Below, piece after piece: positions 1 through 11,920 of a stretch of 64,000 nucleotides of DNA; position 1 is the stretch's first letter; each line of letters begins with the position of its first letter. The stretch comes from Squalus acanthias. Its lineage: Eukaryota. The translations under genes were made by a program, and so were the position numbers. The notes beneath the pieces are model-generated. The model ran no database searches, was not told where the DNA came from, and saw nothing but the letters and a program-made list of their open reading frames with translations. The stretch lies in NCBI GenBank assembly GCA_030390025.1, contig JASTWF010000036.1, forward strand, positions 930,001-994,000. Reading direction: 5' to 3'.

Positions 1-1165
1 CAGAGTAAAGCTCCCTCTACACTGTCCCATCAAACACTCCCAGGGCAGGTACAGCACGGGTTAGATACAGAGTAAAGCTCCCTCTACACTGTCCCATCAA
101 ACACTCCCAGGGCAGGTACAGCACGGTGTTAGATACAGAGTAAAGCTCCCTCCACACTTTCCCATCAAACACCCCCAGGGCAGGTACAGCACGGGTTAGA
201 TACAGAGTAACGCTCCCTCTACACTGTCCCCATCAAACACTCCCAGGGCAGGTACAGCACGGGTTAGATACAGAGTAAAGCTCCCTCTACACTGTCCCCA
301 TCAAACACTCCCAGGGCAGGTACAGCACGGGGCTAGATACAGAGTAAAGCTCCCTCTACACTGTCCCATCAAACACTCCCAGGGCAGGTACAGCACGGGG
401 TTAGATACAGAGTAAAGCTCCCTCTACACTGTTCCATCAAACACTCCCAGGGCAGGTACAGCACGGGTTAGATGCAGAGTAAAGCTCCCTCTACACTGTC
501 CCATCAAACACTCCCAGGGCAGGTACAGCACGGTTAGATACAGAGTAAAGCTCCCTCTACACTGTCCCATCAAACTCTCCCAGGGCAGGTACAGCACGGG
601 GTTAGATACAGAGTAAAGCTCCCTCTGCACTGTCCCATCAAACACTCCCAGGACAGGTACAGCATGGGTTAGATACAGAGTAAAGCTCCCTCTACACTGT
701 CCCATCAAACACTCCCAGGGCAGGTACAGCACGGTTAGATACAGAGTAAAGCTCCCTCTACACTGTCCCATCAAACTCTCCCAGGGCAGGTACAGCACGG
801 GGTTAGATACAGAGTAAAGCTCCCTCTGCACTGTCCCATCAAACACTCCCAGGACAGGTACAGCATGGGTTAGATACAGAGTAAAGCTCCCTCTACACTG
901 TCCCATCAAACACTCCCAGGACAGGTACAGCATGGGTTAGATACAGAGTAAAGCTCCCTCTACACTGTCCCATCAAACACTCCCAGGGCAGGTACAGCAC
1001 GGGTTAGATACAGAGTAAAGCTCCCTTTACACTGTCCCATCAAACACTCCCAGGGCAGGTACAGCATGGGCTAGATACAGAGTAAAGCTCCCTCTACACT
1101 GTCCCATCAAACACTCCCAGGGCAGGTACAGCATGGGCTAGATACAGTGTAAAGGTGCCTCTGTT
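1..1165. repeat. Tandem array of a ~67-bp unit (~17 copies, truncated by window start)
   Basis: Unit CAGAGTAAAGCTCCCTCTACACTGTCCCATCAAACACTCCCAGGGCAGGTACAGCACGGGTTAGATA repeated head-to-tail with no spacers; last unit degenerates at ~1150. Confidence 0.97.
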
Positions 1166-1800
1166 CTCCCCAAACAAAGAGGAAGTGTGTTAACTTTATT
1201 ATGTGGAGAGCAGAGAGTAATCAAGAGACTCTGATGGTATCAAACTGCGAGTGTGAAGTTTAAATGGTTAATAGTCATCGTCTGAACCCCCAAAAATGAA
1301 GTCACAACCTTACATACACTCTTTCCTGTTATCAATATTAATGCTGACTACATAAATCATGTGCAATATTTTCCTGTGCATCTTTGTTCAGTTCTTTATT
1401 CTGCCAGGAGGTGTCGCTGTGATGGACAGCTCACTTCCGGTGCAGTCATACTGCAGGTGCTGTTTGAGAGCAGTACCTGCTCTTAGTGCAGCTTCGAGTT
1501 ATACTACCAGCTCTGCACTGCACTCAAATCGGGGAAAAGCAGAGCACTGCACAGCTGGCGAGTTTCTTAATGTCAGTGAAGAGCTAATTGTCCCATTAGT
1601 GGGACAAGTGAAACTTTGCCAAGCATTTAATGGTTATGTACGTGTCTGGAAGAGAGCTCAGAAACAAATCGGTCTAATGTATTTTCATTGAGAATGATTC
1701 TTTTTAAATAAAGGACTAATACAAGAGCAGAAACTTCTGGAAGGACCAACAATTGCACAAGTTATGATCGAGCTTCTGAATAGAAAGTAGCCCTGGATTT

Positions 1801-1883
1801 CATCGAATCATGGAATGATACAGCACAGAAGGAGGCCATTCGGCCCATCATGCCCATGCCAGCTCTTTGGTAGAGCTGTCCAA
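1801..1883 (-). mobile_element. CR1 LINE 3' UTR fragment
   Basis: CAGCACAGAAGGAGGCCATTCGGCCCATC matches the 3' end of the CR1 at 30105-31346. Confidence 0.75.
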
Positions 1884-2299
1884 ACTATTTGAACATGTTT
1901 ATTTAAACGTTTAACAATTTCAAACAGTTTTACAGAAATATTGAGTAGAGAGGATAGATGCAAGTTGATTTAATCGTACCGTAACTTTTATATTTCTTGG
2001 TGACAGTGATAAAGAGCCAAATCCTGAGCAGAAGCGGCAGTCTGCCCATCTGGGATTCCAGATGAGGAGCTGCTGTATACAGTCTCGAGCAAAACTTCGA
2101 AAGAACAATTGGGGGCAATATTCAACTCTGGTACAAGTCGGACGGGCGGTGGGAGGGACATCTGCTACACCCGATGCCATTGAGAGGCCCAAACTATTTC
2201 TATGGTTGAGTCTCGCCAATAATATTGGCGAGCTCCAGATGCTCAATGTGATCTGACAGGCAGCTTGCCGCTGGGCGGGGTGGGGGATTGGGGGAGGGG

Positions 2300-2600
2300 A
2301 GCAGGCTGGAGGAGGTTACAGAGATGGGGAGGGGCGAGGCCATTGAGGGATTTGGACACGAGAATGAGAATTTTAAATTGGAGGCGTTGGGGGACCGGGA
2401 GCCAGTGCTGGTCATTGAGCACAGGGGGTGATGGGTGAACGGGACTTGGTGCGAGTTAGGACACGGCCAGTAGAGTTTTGGATGACCTCAAGTTTATAGT
2501 GGGTGGAAGATGGGAGGCCGGCCAGGAGAGCAATGGAATAGTCAAGTCTAGAGGTAACAAAGGCATGGACGAGGCTTTCAGCAGTGGATGAGTTGAGGAA
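2300..2600 (-). mobile_element. L2 LINE 3' fragment
   Basis: Translation AESLVHAFVTSRLDYSIALLAGLP...IQN...RVLTRTKSRSPITP is the typical L2 ORF2 C-terminal region; similar to 49432-50010. Confidence 0.9.
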
Positions 2601-3444
2601 CGGTGGAAATGAAAAATGACATCTCACTGTGTTTAACTTATCACTTTGGGTTCTGTGTTGCACAAAGTGTGTTTAAAAAGGCACCCATATAATACGTGGG
2701 CCATTGAATAATTGATGGTGTTTACCAAGGTGAGAAACTGCTCATCGTCAATCACTTTTGCCTGCGGTGCTTGTGACTAACAGGTCCGACATACTTCTGA
2801 AAGGAATTCCTTTGCCCATGATCTATGTATTTAGATGTTACTCTCAGAGCTTGGAGAGTCTTGGAGAGTTTAAGTGTCATGGTTTATCCGCTCTTCCTAC
2901 CACAGTATACTTGGAAGCAGTGGAGCATTTTGTAGTGTGTGTTAAATCATCTCAGTGTCATTAATATTGTACTTGACCTTCCCAACATCTGGTGTTTTGG
3001 AATTGTGTGCAGCTGGTTGAGGCCCTCTGGAATTCAGCAACAACTGCAGAGTATGTGACCGAAACTTCATGCTTCTTCTGAAAAGGACACTGACCTAACA
3101 ACATTTTATTTAACTACAAATATAAAGAATTAATTAGATACTAAAATAATCATTTGCATCCCCCGCCAGACATCGTGCCAGGGCTGGGCTAATCACTGTT
3201 GATGTGTTTTGCTTCCATTAAGTAATGCTGTGATCTATTAGTTACCACAGCCCACAAATTACATTCGTCAATTTATGAACTGGAGTAGACTTTACAATTG
3301 TTCACCATTGAGGGACACCACCAACATTCAGTGCACAGGCGCAACCTATAATCCATCACTGTAATGAGCAGGGCAACTACCACCTCCTGCGCTCACTAAA
3401 GTAATAGCTTGCAGTGCAGTTGAGGGGAATCACATGATAACGTG

Positions 3445-3921
3445 AGAAAGAAAAAGACAAACTTGCATTTATATAGCGCCTTTCACGACCACCGGACGTC
3501 CCAAAGCGCCTTACAGCCAACAAAGTACTTTTTGAAGTGCAGTCACTGTTGCAATGTAGGAAACGCAGCAGCCAATTTGTGCACAGCAAGCTCCCACTAA
3601 TAGCAATGTATTAATGACCAGATAATCTGCTTTAGTGGTGTTTGATTGAGGGATAAATATTGGCCTAGGACACCGGGGATCATTTCCTTGCTCTTCATCG
3701 AAATAGCACCATGGGATCTTTTACGTCCACCTGAGAGAGCAGATGGGGCCTCGGTTTAACCTTTCATCTGAAAGACAGCACTTCCGACAGTGCGGCGCTC
3801 CCTCAGTACTGCACTGGAGTGTCAGCCTAGACTTTCGTGTTCAAGTCTCTGGAGTGGGACTCTGAACCCACAACCTTCTGACGCAGAAGGCGAGGGTGCT
3901 ACCCACTGAGCCACGGCTGAC
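3445..3921 (-). mobile_element. tRNA-headed DeuSINE (SacSINE1-like), full length
   Basis: tRNA-like A/B-box head, conserved central domain, L2-like tail AAAGGCGCTATATAAATGCAAGT; many copies in window. Confidence 0.9.
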
Positions 3922-4049
3922 ATGAGCCACAAGCACACATCTTTTTGCGTATTTTATTCTTTCAGCTTTCTCCCCCTCTGCTCCTGAAGGCACCAGGTCG
4001 CACTGCGCTATAGCTCTCTGGAGACCAGCAGCAACCCTCTGGTACCCTG

Positions 4050-4465
4050 CGAGTGGCTATTTCCCTCCCCACACCCACACTCCCACCTGTGAGCCTAGAT
4101 AGTGAGCGTTGGGCGGTTATTCGACTGAGCTGTGCTTGATCCTGCTCTCGTCCCGTATTCAAGCACATGTCGGCGGTGGGGGGGGGGCTGGTGGGTGGGG
4201 GTGTCGCTGGATAATGAGGAGTGGGAACCCTGGTCGGTTTTCATTCTCCTTTGCCTAGTAGCACACTGAGGCACAGTGTTGCATCCCAGCTGAAATCAGC
4301 TAATGTGGCCAAGACTGGGGATATGAATGAGGAAAGTGACAAAAATCAAGGCTAAATATTGAAATTAGATGCTTGTTTATACCACTACAGCTCATTGCCA
4401 TGGTAGCTTGGATTTTCTGGTCTGAGTGGCTTAGTACCATGCTAGTTATTCATCCACTGAGCTAG
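4050..4465 (-). mobile_element. Old decayed SINE-like repeat (related pieces at ~47830-48000 and ~53790-53990)
   Basis: Shared degenerate motifs among three loci; tRNA-like head remnant CCACTGAGCTA. Confidence 0.45.
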
Positions 4466-4589
4466 CAAAAGGCGGGTAATGTTTGAGTAATCTATAAAAG
4501 ACATCTGAACTCAATTGTGTTGCAGCCTTCCAACACACCATTCGTAGCGCTATTTAAAAGTAGTCTATGGAATGGCCTATTGCACCATT

Positions 4590-4902
4590 TTTTTAATATT
4601 CGTTCCTGGGATGTGGGCGTTGCTGGCAAGGCCAGCATTTATTGCCCATCCCTAGTCGCCCCTTGAGAAGGTGGTGGTGAGCCGCCTTCTTGAACCGCTG
4701 CAGTCCGTGTGGTGAAGGTGCTCCCACAGTGCTGTTAGGGAGGGAGTTCCAGGATTTTGACCCAGTGACGATGAAGGATCGGCGATATATTTCCAAGTCA
4801 GGATGGTGTGTGACTTGGAGGGGAATTTGCAGGTGATGGTGTTCCCATGCGCCTGCTGCCCTTGTCCTTCTAGGTGGTAGAGGCCGTGGGTTTGGGAGGT
4901 GC
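4590..4902 (-). mobile_element. CR1/Jockey-group (Zenon-like) LINE 3' end
   Basis: SKSWNSLPNSTVG...LQRFKKAAHHHL; near-identical to 18695-19350 and 26738-27135. Confidence 0.85.
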
Positions 4903-5365
4903 TTATGTTTTGTTATGGTGTGTTTATGTTAGGCTTTGCTGTTTGAGCCCAGACTATCTCTTCTGCCATTTGTATCCAGTCATGCCAGAACCCTATCAAG
5001 TGACTGAAAGATGAAGAAGGAAAGGGTTTTTTGTATTTCATACCAGCATAGTGATAATCAGGCTTGTATTACAAACTAATGAATGGCTGGCTTGGGACAT
5101 GTTGGAAATGCAGGTATGAACCCACATTGTGTGATAGCTCGTTGGCACACCAATGCCTGTGCCCCGGACCACCTCTTAAACTGAATAAGATGTCCAGTCT
5201 CACACTATCAGCTTGAATGAAGCTTGGTCAATAATCTTCAGAGCAGCTTTTCAAGTGATTGTTATTTCCAGTGGAAAGTCTGTGGTTAAAATAAAGCACA
5301 ATCCCAGAAAGACTTATCAAGCACATCTCTCAAACGTCTTAAAGCACTACACGTTCACAATTAAT

Positions 5366-5780
5366 TATTTATATAGCACCTTCCGTGACCTCCGGACATC
5401 CAAAAGCTCTTTACAGCCAATGCAGTGTAGTCACTGTTGTAATGTGGGAAACGCGGTAGCCAATTTGCGCACAGCAAGCTCCCACAAACAGCAACGTAAT
5501 AATGACCAGATCATCTGTTTTTAGGTGTTGATTGAGGTATAAATATTTTCCAGGACACTGGGGAGAACTCCCCCCTGCTCTTCTTCGAAATAGCGCCGTG
5601 GCATCTTTTACATCCACCCGAGAGGGCAGATGGGACCTCGGTTTAACATCTCATCTGAAAGACGGCACCTCCGACAGTGCAGCACGCCCTCAGGACTGCC
5701 CTGGAGTGTCAGCCGAGATTATTGTGCTCAAGTCTCTGGAGTGGGACTTGAACACACCACCTTCTGACTCACGGAGGCAA
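5366..5780 (-). mobile_element. SacSINE1-like SINE
   Basis: Aligns by eye to 3445-3921. Confidence 0.88.
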
Positions 5781-5904
5781 GGCTTACTCATACAGGCAAA
5801 AATAGCAGCCATTTTGCACAGAGCAAGATCCCACCAACAGCAATGAGCTGAATGACCAGTTACTCTATTCTTTTTTAGGCAGTGTTGGTTGAGGGAGGAA
5901 TATT

Positions 5905-7721
5905 AAGAACATAAGAAATAGGAGCAGGAGTCGGCCACTTGGCCCCTCGAGCCTGCTCCGCCATTCAATAAGATCATGGCTGATCTTGGGCTCAAAGCCA
6001 CTTCCCTGCCCGCTCCCCATAACCCTTCACTCCCTTATCTTGCAAAAATCTGTCTATCTCCACCTTAAATGTATTTAATGACCCAGCCTCCACGGCTCTC
6101 TGGGGCAGAGAATTCCACAGATTTACGACCCTCTGAGAGAAGAAATTCCTCCTCATCTCAGTTCTAAAAGGGCGACCCTTTATTCTAAAACTATGCCCCC
6201 GCGTTCTAGATTTCCCCACGAGGGGAAACATCCTCTCTGCATCTACCTTGTCCAATCCCCTCAGTACCTGATATGTTTCAATAAGATCACCTCTCATTCT
6301 TCTAAATTCCAATGAGTATAGGCCCAGCCTGCTCAACCTTTCCTCATAAGTCAAACCCCTCATCTCTGAAATTAACCTAGTGAATCGTCTCTGAACTGCC
6401 TCCAATGCAAGTATATCCTTCCTTAAATAAGGAGACCAAAACTGTACGCAGTATTCGAGGTGTGGTCTCACCAATACCCTGTACAGTTGTAGCAGGACTT
6501 CCCTACTTTTATACTCCAACCCCTTTGAAATAAAGGCCAACATTCCATTTGCCTTTTTGATTACTTGCTGTACCTGCATGCTAACTTTTTGTGTTTCATG
6601 CACAAGAACCCCCTTTCATAAAACCATGCTGACTCTGCTTGACTGCATTATGATTTTCCAAATGCCCTGCTACTGCTTCCTTAATGAAGGACTCCAGCAT
6701 TTTCCCAACGACAGATGTTAGGCTAACTGGTCTATAGTTTCCTGCTTTCTGTCTCCCTCCTTTCTTAAATAGGGGTGTTACATTTGCGGTTTTCCAATCC
6801 GCTGGGACCTCTCCAGAGTCCAGGGAATTTTGGAATATTGCAACCAATGCATCTACTATCTCTGCAGCCACTTCTTTTAAGACCCTGGGATACAGGCCAT
6901 CTGGTCCAGGGGACTTTTATTTTACCAAGTACTATTTCCTTAGTGATAGTGATTGTCTTTAGTTCCCCCCTCCCTGTGGCCCCCTGATTATCCATTATTG
7001 GGATGTTGTTAGTGTCTTCTACCGTGAAGACAGATACAAAATATTTGTTCAGAGTCTCTGCCATTTCCCCGTTCCCCATTATTAATTCCCCAGTCTCATC
7101 CTCTAAGGGACCAATGTTTACTTTAGCTACCCTCTTCCTTTTTATATACCTGTAGAAGCTCTTACTACCTGTTTTAATGTTTCTTGCCAGTTTACTCTCA
7201 TAATTGATCTTCTCTCTCTTTATTATATTTTTAGTCATCCTTTGCTGGTTTTTAAAAATTTCCCAATCCTCTGGTCTCCCACCAATCTTGGCAACATTGT
7301 ATGCCTTCATTTTCAATTTGATACCATCCTTTACTTCCTTAGTTAGCCACAGATGGTGCTCCCTTCTCTTAAAATCTTTCTTTCTCACTGGAATATATTT
7401 TTGTTGAGAGTTATGAAATATCTCCTTAAATGTCCGCCACTGCATTTCAACTGTCTTATCCTTTAATTTATTTTTCCAGTCCACTTTAGCCAGTTCTGCC
7501 CTCATCCCACTGTAATTGCCTTTGTTTAAGATCAGGACACTGGTTTGAGATACAACTTTCTCACCCTCCAACTGAATTTGAAATTCAACCATGCTATGAT
7601 CACTCTTTCCCAGAGGATCCTTTACTATGAGATCATTTATTAATTCAGTCTCATTACACAGTACCAGATCCAAGATAGCCTGCTCCCTGGTCGGTTCCAT
7701 TACATACTGTTGCAGGAAACC
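5905..7721 (-). mobile_element. CR1 LINE, 5'-truncated, RT core internally deleted, inserted in an older SINE (5800-5904 / 7722-7890)
   Basis: ORF2 fragments (REQAILDLVLC, NYRPVSLTSVVGK, LVRPHLEYCVQFWSP); TATT duplicated at 5901-5904 and 7722-7725. Confidence 0.95.
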
Positions 7722-8477
7722 TATTGGCCAGGACAATGGGAAAACTCCCTGCTCCTCTTTGAATAGTGCATGGGATCATTAATGCTCACCTGATCAGGCA
7801 GATGTCTGATTTGATGTCTCATTCGAAAGACAGCACCTCCGAGAAAGGAGTGCTCCCTCAGGACAACACAGGAGTGTCAGACTAGATTATGTCGTTAATC
7901 CTTCACATCTTCAGTGTTTTGGTGAAGGTACAAGCTATCTTGTCCTACTGTGTAGCAAATGCAGTAGGTAATGAGGAACGTGACACAAATCAATGCTGAA
8001 TATTGAAGTCAGATGCTCATGTATAGCACTACAGCTCATTACCGTGGTTACGGCCGCATTGACACAGGAGGTGTGAAATGTAAGATTTCATCCGCATTTC
8101 AGGGATGAGGAAGAGACCGTCATATCTAACTGTCCAAATATGTAATAATGCAGCAAGTAAAAGGCGTGGAGAGCGAAACTAGCAGTATATGAAAACAGGT
8201 GTTCAAATTAAAAGCTCATTCGGGGGAATTGTGCGTGTGCAACACTTGGAACATTTCATAAACACAGCAGACAAATTTCCGAAGCAAGCAGTTTTGTCCA
8301 CTGTCTGGCTTTAGTCAGATTACTGGGCATCCCTTAAAGGCTTCAATCTGAGTCATCACAGCAATTATACTGTCAATATTTACAGACGCCAATCCGGGTG
8401 GCGGGGCAGGGGGTTGGGGGATGGGGCGGGGTGGGAAGGTGGAATCAGTAAACTTATGCAGAATGACAGGAACACGA

Positions 8478-8790
8478 AAGGGCCGATTACAACCCTGCTC
8501 GTATGGCGGAAAGCGGGGCAGTTAAAATGCCCGCAGTGACGCGCACCCTCCGAACCCGCTGCCTTCCCCGCGGGTTGCAATTTTAACCTGCTCTTTTTGA
8601 GCAGGCGAGCTGGGCACCCGTTGGTCATGTGCAGATTGGGTTCCAATGACGTCTTCGGGGCCCGACTGCAATTTTAACCTGAGGCCTGCGTGGGGAAAGC
8701 CATCGTGGTCTCCTCACCAGGCCAAGCTGATGGCAAGAGGATCCGGGGCCTGAAGGGGCCCAGAAAGGTAGGTTGTTTTTTGTTTTGTTT
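8478..8790. mobile_element. Partial GC-rich TIR MITE (family C, Harbinger-like)
   Basis: GGCGG...GGGCAGTTAAAAT and TGCAATTTTAACCTG motifs shared with 12885, 31539 and 32989. Confidence 0.6.
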
Positions 8791-8791
8791 C

Positions 8792-9066
8792 CTTGAGCAT
8801 CCCTGATTATAATCGCTCAACCATTGGCGGCCGTGCCTTCAACTGCCTGGGCCCTAAGCTCTGGAATTCCCTCCCTAAACCTCTCCACCTCACTACCGCT
8901 CTCTCCTCCTTTAAGACGCTCCTTAAAACCTCCCTCTTTGACCAAGCATCTGTCCTAATATCTCTTCATGTGGCTCGGTGTCAAATTTTGTTTGATAACG
9001 TTCCTGTGAAGCACCTTGGGATGTTTTACTACATTGAAGGCGCTAGATAAATACAAGTTGTTGTTG
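8792..9066 (+). mobile_element. L2 3' end
   Basis: GGRAF...PKLWNSLP...FKTLLKT; (TTG)n tail. Confidence 0.9.
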
Positions 9067-9345
9067 TAACTATATTTGAAATAGAGTTTAATATATCTTA
9101 CTGAGTTAGACTGATGATTAGTAACAAATCTCCGACTGTATTCTGCTACACGTGGAACTTGTGTGATTTGTAGGTCTACTACACAGCTTGCAACAAGGGG
9201 AACCCTGCGAAGCAATTCTGAAGCTGTCCAAACTGAACTCAAGTGATGTGAAAGCACCTTCAAGGGGTAGGATATGTTGTATGTAGCGTCTGCATGGAGT
9301 GAATTCCAATTTGCGATGGCACTAAACTGCAGTTCAATCTCACTC

Positions 9346-11418
9346 TGGAGTAAAACTCTGGGAGGACTGGAGGTAGATAAACAATGGCAAGCATTTAAAG
9401 ATAGAATGACAAAATTGCAAAAATTGTTTATACCAATCTGGCATAAAAGGAAATCTAAAAAGGTGACTCAACCGTGGATAACAGGGGAAATTAGAGACAG
9501 CATAAAATCCAAATATAGGGCATATAAAATAGCCAAAAAAAGCGCCAGAGCGGAAGATTGGGAACAGTTTAAGATAGAGCAAAGGAGGACAAAGGGCTTA
9601 ATCAAGAGGGGCAAAATAGCTTACGAAAGCAAGCTGGCGGAAAATATAAAAACTAACTCCAAAAGCTTTTATAAGTATATCAAGAGGAAAAGACTGGTGA
9701 AAACCAAAGTTGGCCCATTGCAGTCAGATACGGGGGAATATATAACGGGAAATAAAGAAATGGCAGACCAACTAAATGCATACTTTGGGTCAGTCTTTAC
9801 GAAGGAAGACACAAAAAACCTCCCTGGGATATCGGGAAAAATAGGGACATTTGCAAAGGAGGAAATGACGCAAGTCAATATCTCTAAGGATATGGTGTTA
9901 AGGAAGCTAAAGGGATTGAAGGCGGACAAATCCCCAGGGCCTGATAACATGCATCCTAGGGTGCTGAAGGAGGTGGCCCTAGAGATAGCGGATGCACTAA
10001 GTATGATTTTTCAGAATTCATTAGACTCGGGAACAGTGCCCATGGATTGGAGGGTAGCTAACGTTACCCCACTATTCAAAAAGGGGGGTAGGGAAAAAGC
10101 AGGTAATTACAGACCTGTAAGCCTTACATCAGTTGTGGGCAAAATGCTGGAGTCCATCATTAAGGATGAAATAGCGGAGCACTTAGCAAATGGGGACAGG
10201 ATAGGACAGAGTCAACATGGATTTACAAAGGGTAAATCGTGCTTGACTAATCTATTGGAATTTTTTGAGGGAGTAACTGGTAAAATAGATGGGGGAGAGC
10301 CAGTAGATGTGGTGTACCTGGACTTCCAAAAGGCCTTCGATAAGGTCCCACATAAAAGATTAGCAGGGAAAATTGAAGCTCATGGGATAAAGGGGAAAGT
10401 ATTGACGTGGATAGAGAACTGGCTGTCAGACAGAAAACAGAGAGTTGGAATAAACGGCTCATTTTCTGAATGGCAGGCAGTAACAAGTGGGGTACCACAG
10501 GGATCTGTCCTGGGTCCCCAGCTGTTCACAATTTACATTAATGACCTGGATCAGGGAGTCGGATGCAGCATTTCCAAATTTGCAGACGACACTAAACTAG
10601 GAGGGGGGGTGGGCTCAGAGGAGGAGACCAGGAAGCTCCAGAGCGATTTGGACAGACTGGGTGATTGGGCGGATAAATGGCAGATGCACTATAATGTGGA
10701 CAAGTGCGAAGTTATCCACCTTGGGTGCAGGAACGGGAGGGCAAATTATTATTTAAATGGCAATAAATTGGGAGAGGGGGAAGTACAGAGAGACCTGGGT
10801 GTTCTTGTACACCAGTCACTGAAGGCGAGCATGCAGGTGCAACAGGCGATCAAGAAGGCAAACGGTATGCTGGCCTTCATAGCAAAAGGGTTGGAATACA
10901 GGAACAGGGATACCTTGCTGCAGCTGTACAGGGCACTGGTGAGACCACACCTCGAGTACTGTGTACAGTTTTGGTCGCCTCATCTGAGGAAAGATGTTCT
11001 TGCCATGGAGGGGGTGCAGCGGCGATTCACCAGGCTGATACCAGGAATGGCGGGATTGACCTATGAGGAGAGACTATGTAGTTTAGGGATGTACACATTG
11101 GAGTTTAGAAGATTGAGAGGGGACCTCATAGAAGTGTATAAAATTCTGACAGGTCTAGACAGACTAGATGCAGAAGGAATGTTTCCCTTGGCGGGTGAGA
11201 ACAGAACTAGAGGACATAATTTAAGGATAAGGGCTAAACCATTTAGGACAGAAATGAGGGGGAATTTCTTCACTCAGAGGGTGGTGAACCTGTGGAACTC
11301 ATTGCCACAGAGGGCAGTGTACGCCAGCTCATTAAATATATTTAAGAGGGAATTAGATATATTTCTACAGGCAAAAGGGGTTAAGGGTTACGGAGAGAAG
11401 GCGGGGACGGGATACTGA
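9346..11418 (+). CDS. CR1 ORF2 reverse transcriptase (lacks the N-terminal endonuclease)
   Basis: RT motifs YRPVSLTS, QHGF, YLDFQKAFD, GVPQGSVLGP, KFADD; the N-terminal ~24 aa of the listed 714-aa ORF come from flanking DNA. Confidence 0.93.
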   Translation, partial: WSKTLGGLEVDKQWQAFKDRMTKLQKLFIPIWHKRKSKKVTQPWITGEIRDSIKSKYRAYKIAKKSARAEDWEQFKIEQRRTKGLIKRGKIAYESKLAENIKTNSKSFYKYIKRKRLVKTKVGPLQSDTGEYITGNKEMADQLNAYFGSVFTKEDTKNLPGISGKIGTFAKEEMTQVNISKDMVLRKLKGLKADKSPGPDNMHPRVLKEVALEIADALSMIFQNSLDSGTVPMDWRVANVTPLFKKGGREKAGNYRPVSLTSVVGKMLESIIKDEIAEHLANGDRIGQSQHGFTKGKSCLTNLLEFFEGVTGKIDGGEPVDVVYLDFQKAFDKVPHKRLAGKIEAHGIKGKVLTWIENWLSDRKQRVGINGSFSEWQAVTSGVPQGSVLGPQLFTIYINDLDQGVGCSISKFADDTKLGGGVGSEEETRKLQSDLDRLGDWADKWQMHYNVDKCEVIHLGCRNGRANYYLNGNKLGEGEVQRDLGVLVHQSLKASMQVQQAIKKANGMLAFIAKGLEYRNRDTLLQLYRALVRPHLEYCVQFWSPHLRKDVLAMEGVQRRFTRLIPGMAGLTYEERLCSLGMYTLEFRRLRGDLIEVYKILTGLDRLDAEGMFPLAGENRTRGHNLRIRAKPFRTEMRGNFFTQRVVNLWNSLPQRAVYASSLNIFKRELDIFLQAKGVKGYGEKAGTGY

Positions 11419-11520
11419 ATTGGAGGATCAGCCATGATCTCATTAAATGGCGGAGCAGGCTCGAAGGGCCGGATGGCCTACTCCTGCTCCTATCTTCTAT
11501 GTATCTATGTATCTATGTAT
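9346..11520 (+). mobile_element. Young 5'-truncated CR1 LINE
   Basis: Uninterrupted ORF2, 3' UTR hairpin, (CTATGTAT)n tail; GTAAAAC at both junctions (9350-9356 and 11523-11529). Confidence 0.98.
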
Positions 11521-11724
11521 ATGTAAAACGGAATGGGTTCGCAGTGTAACTCCAGTTGGACTCCCCCCATGGCACTTATTAAACCCTCCTGACCTCAACT
11601 TAAATATTTACAGAGCAGGGGGGCTCTCCCCTTCCATCCGCAAAGCAGTTGCTGCAGGCCACAAAAGTAATTCATTGTGCGTCACGGGCTTTGAGATGTA
11701 AGGCACTATATAAATGCAAGTCAT

Positions 11725-11920
11725 TTGACATTTATACAGCGCCGGATCACATTGAGTTCTCAAAACACTTCACACAATGAATTACTTCTGTAGTGAAGTG
11801 ACTGTTGTAGGGAAATGCGGCGGCCATTTTGTGCACACAACAAGATCCCACAAACAGCAATCAAGTGAATTGGCCAGTTTGTCTGTCCTTGATGGTGTTG
11901 ATTGAGGGAGGAATGTTGAT
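11725..11920 (-). mobile_element. Decayed DeuSINE 3' half
   Basis: CAAGATCCCACAAACAGCAAT...GATTGAGGGAGGAATGTTG. Confidence 0.7.

Noticed and set aside
1..1165. CRISPR-like array / 169-aa ORF at 424-933
   Set aside because: Head-to-tail units with no unique spacers and no cas genes, in a vertebrate context; the ORF is a translation of the repeat
9274..9345. N-terminal extension of the 714-aa RT ORF as a domesticated fusion gene
   Set aside because: In-frame read-through from flanking DNA into a young truncated CR1; no sign of domestication
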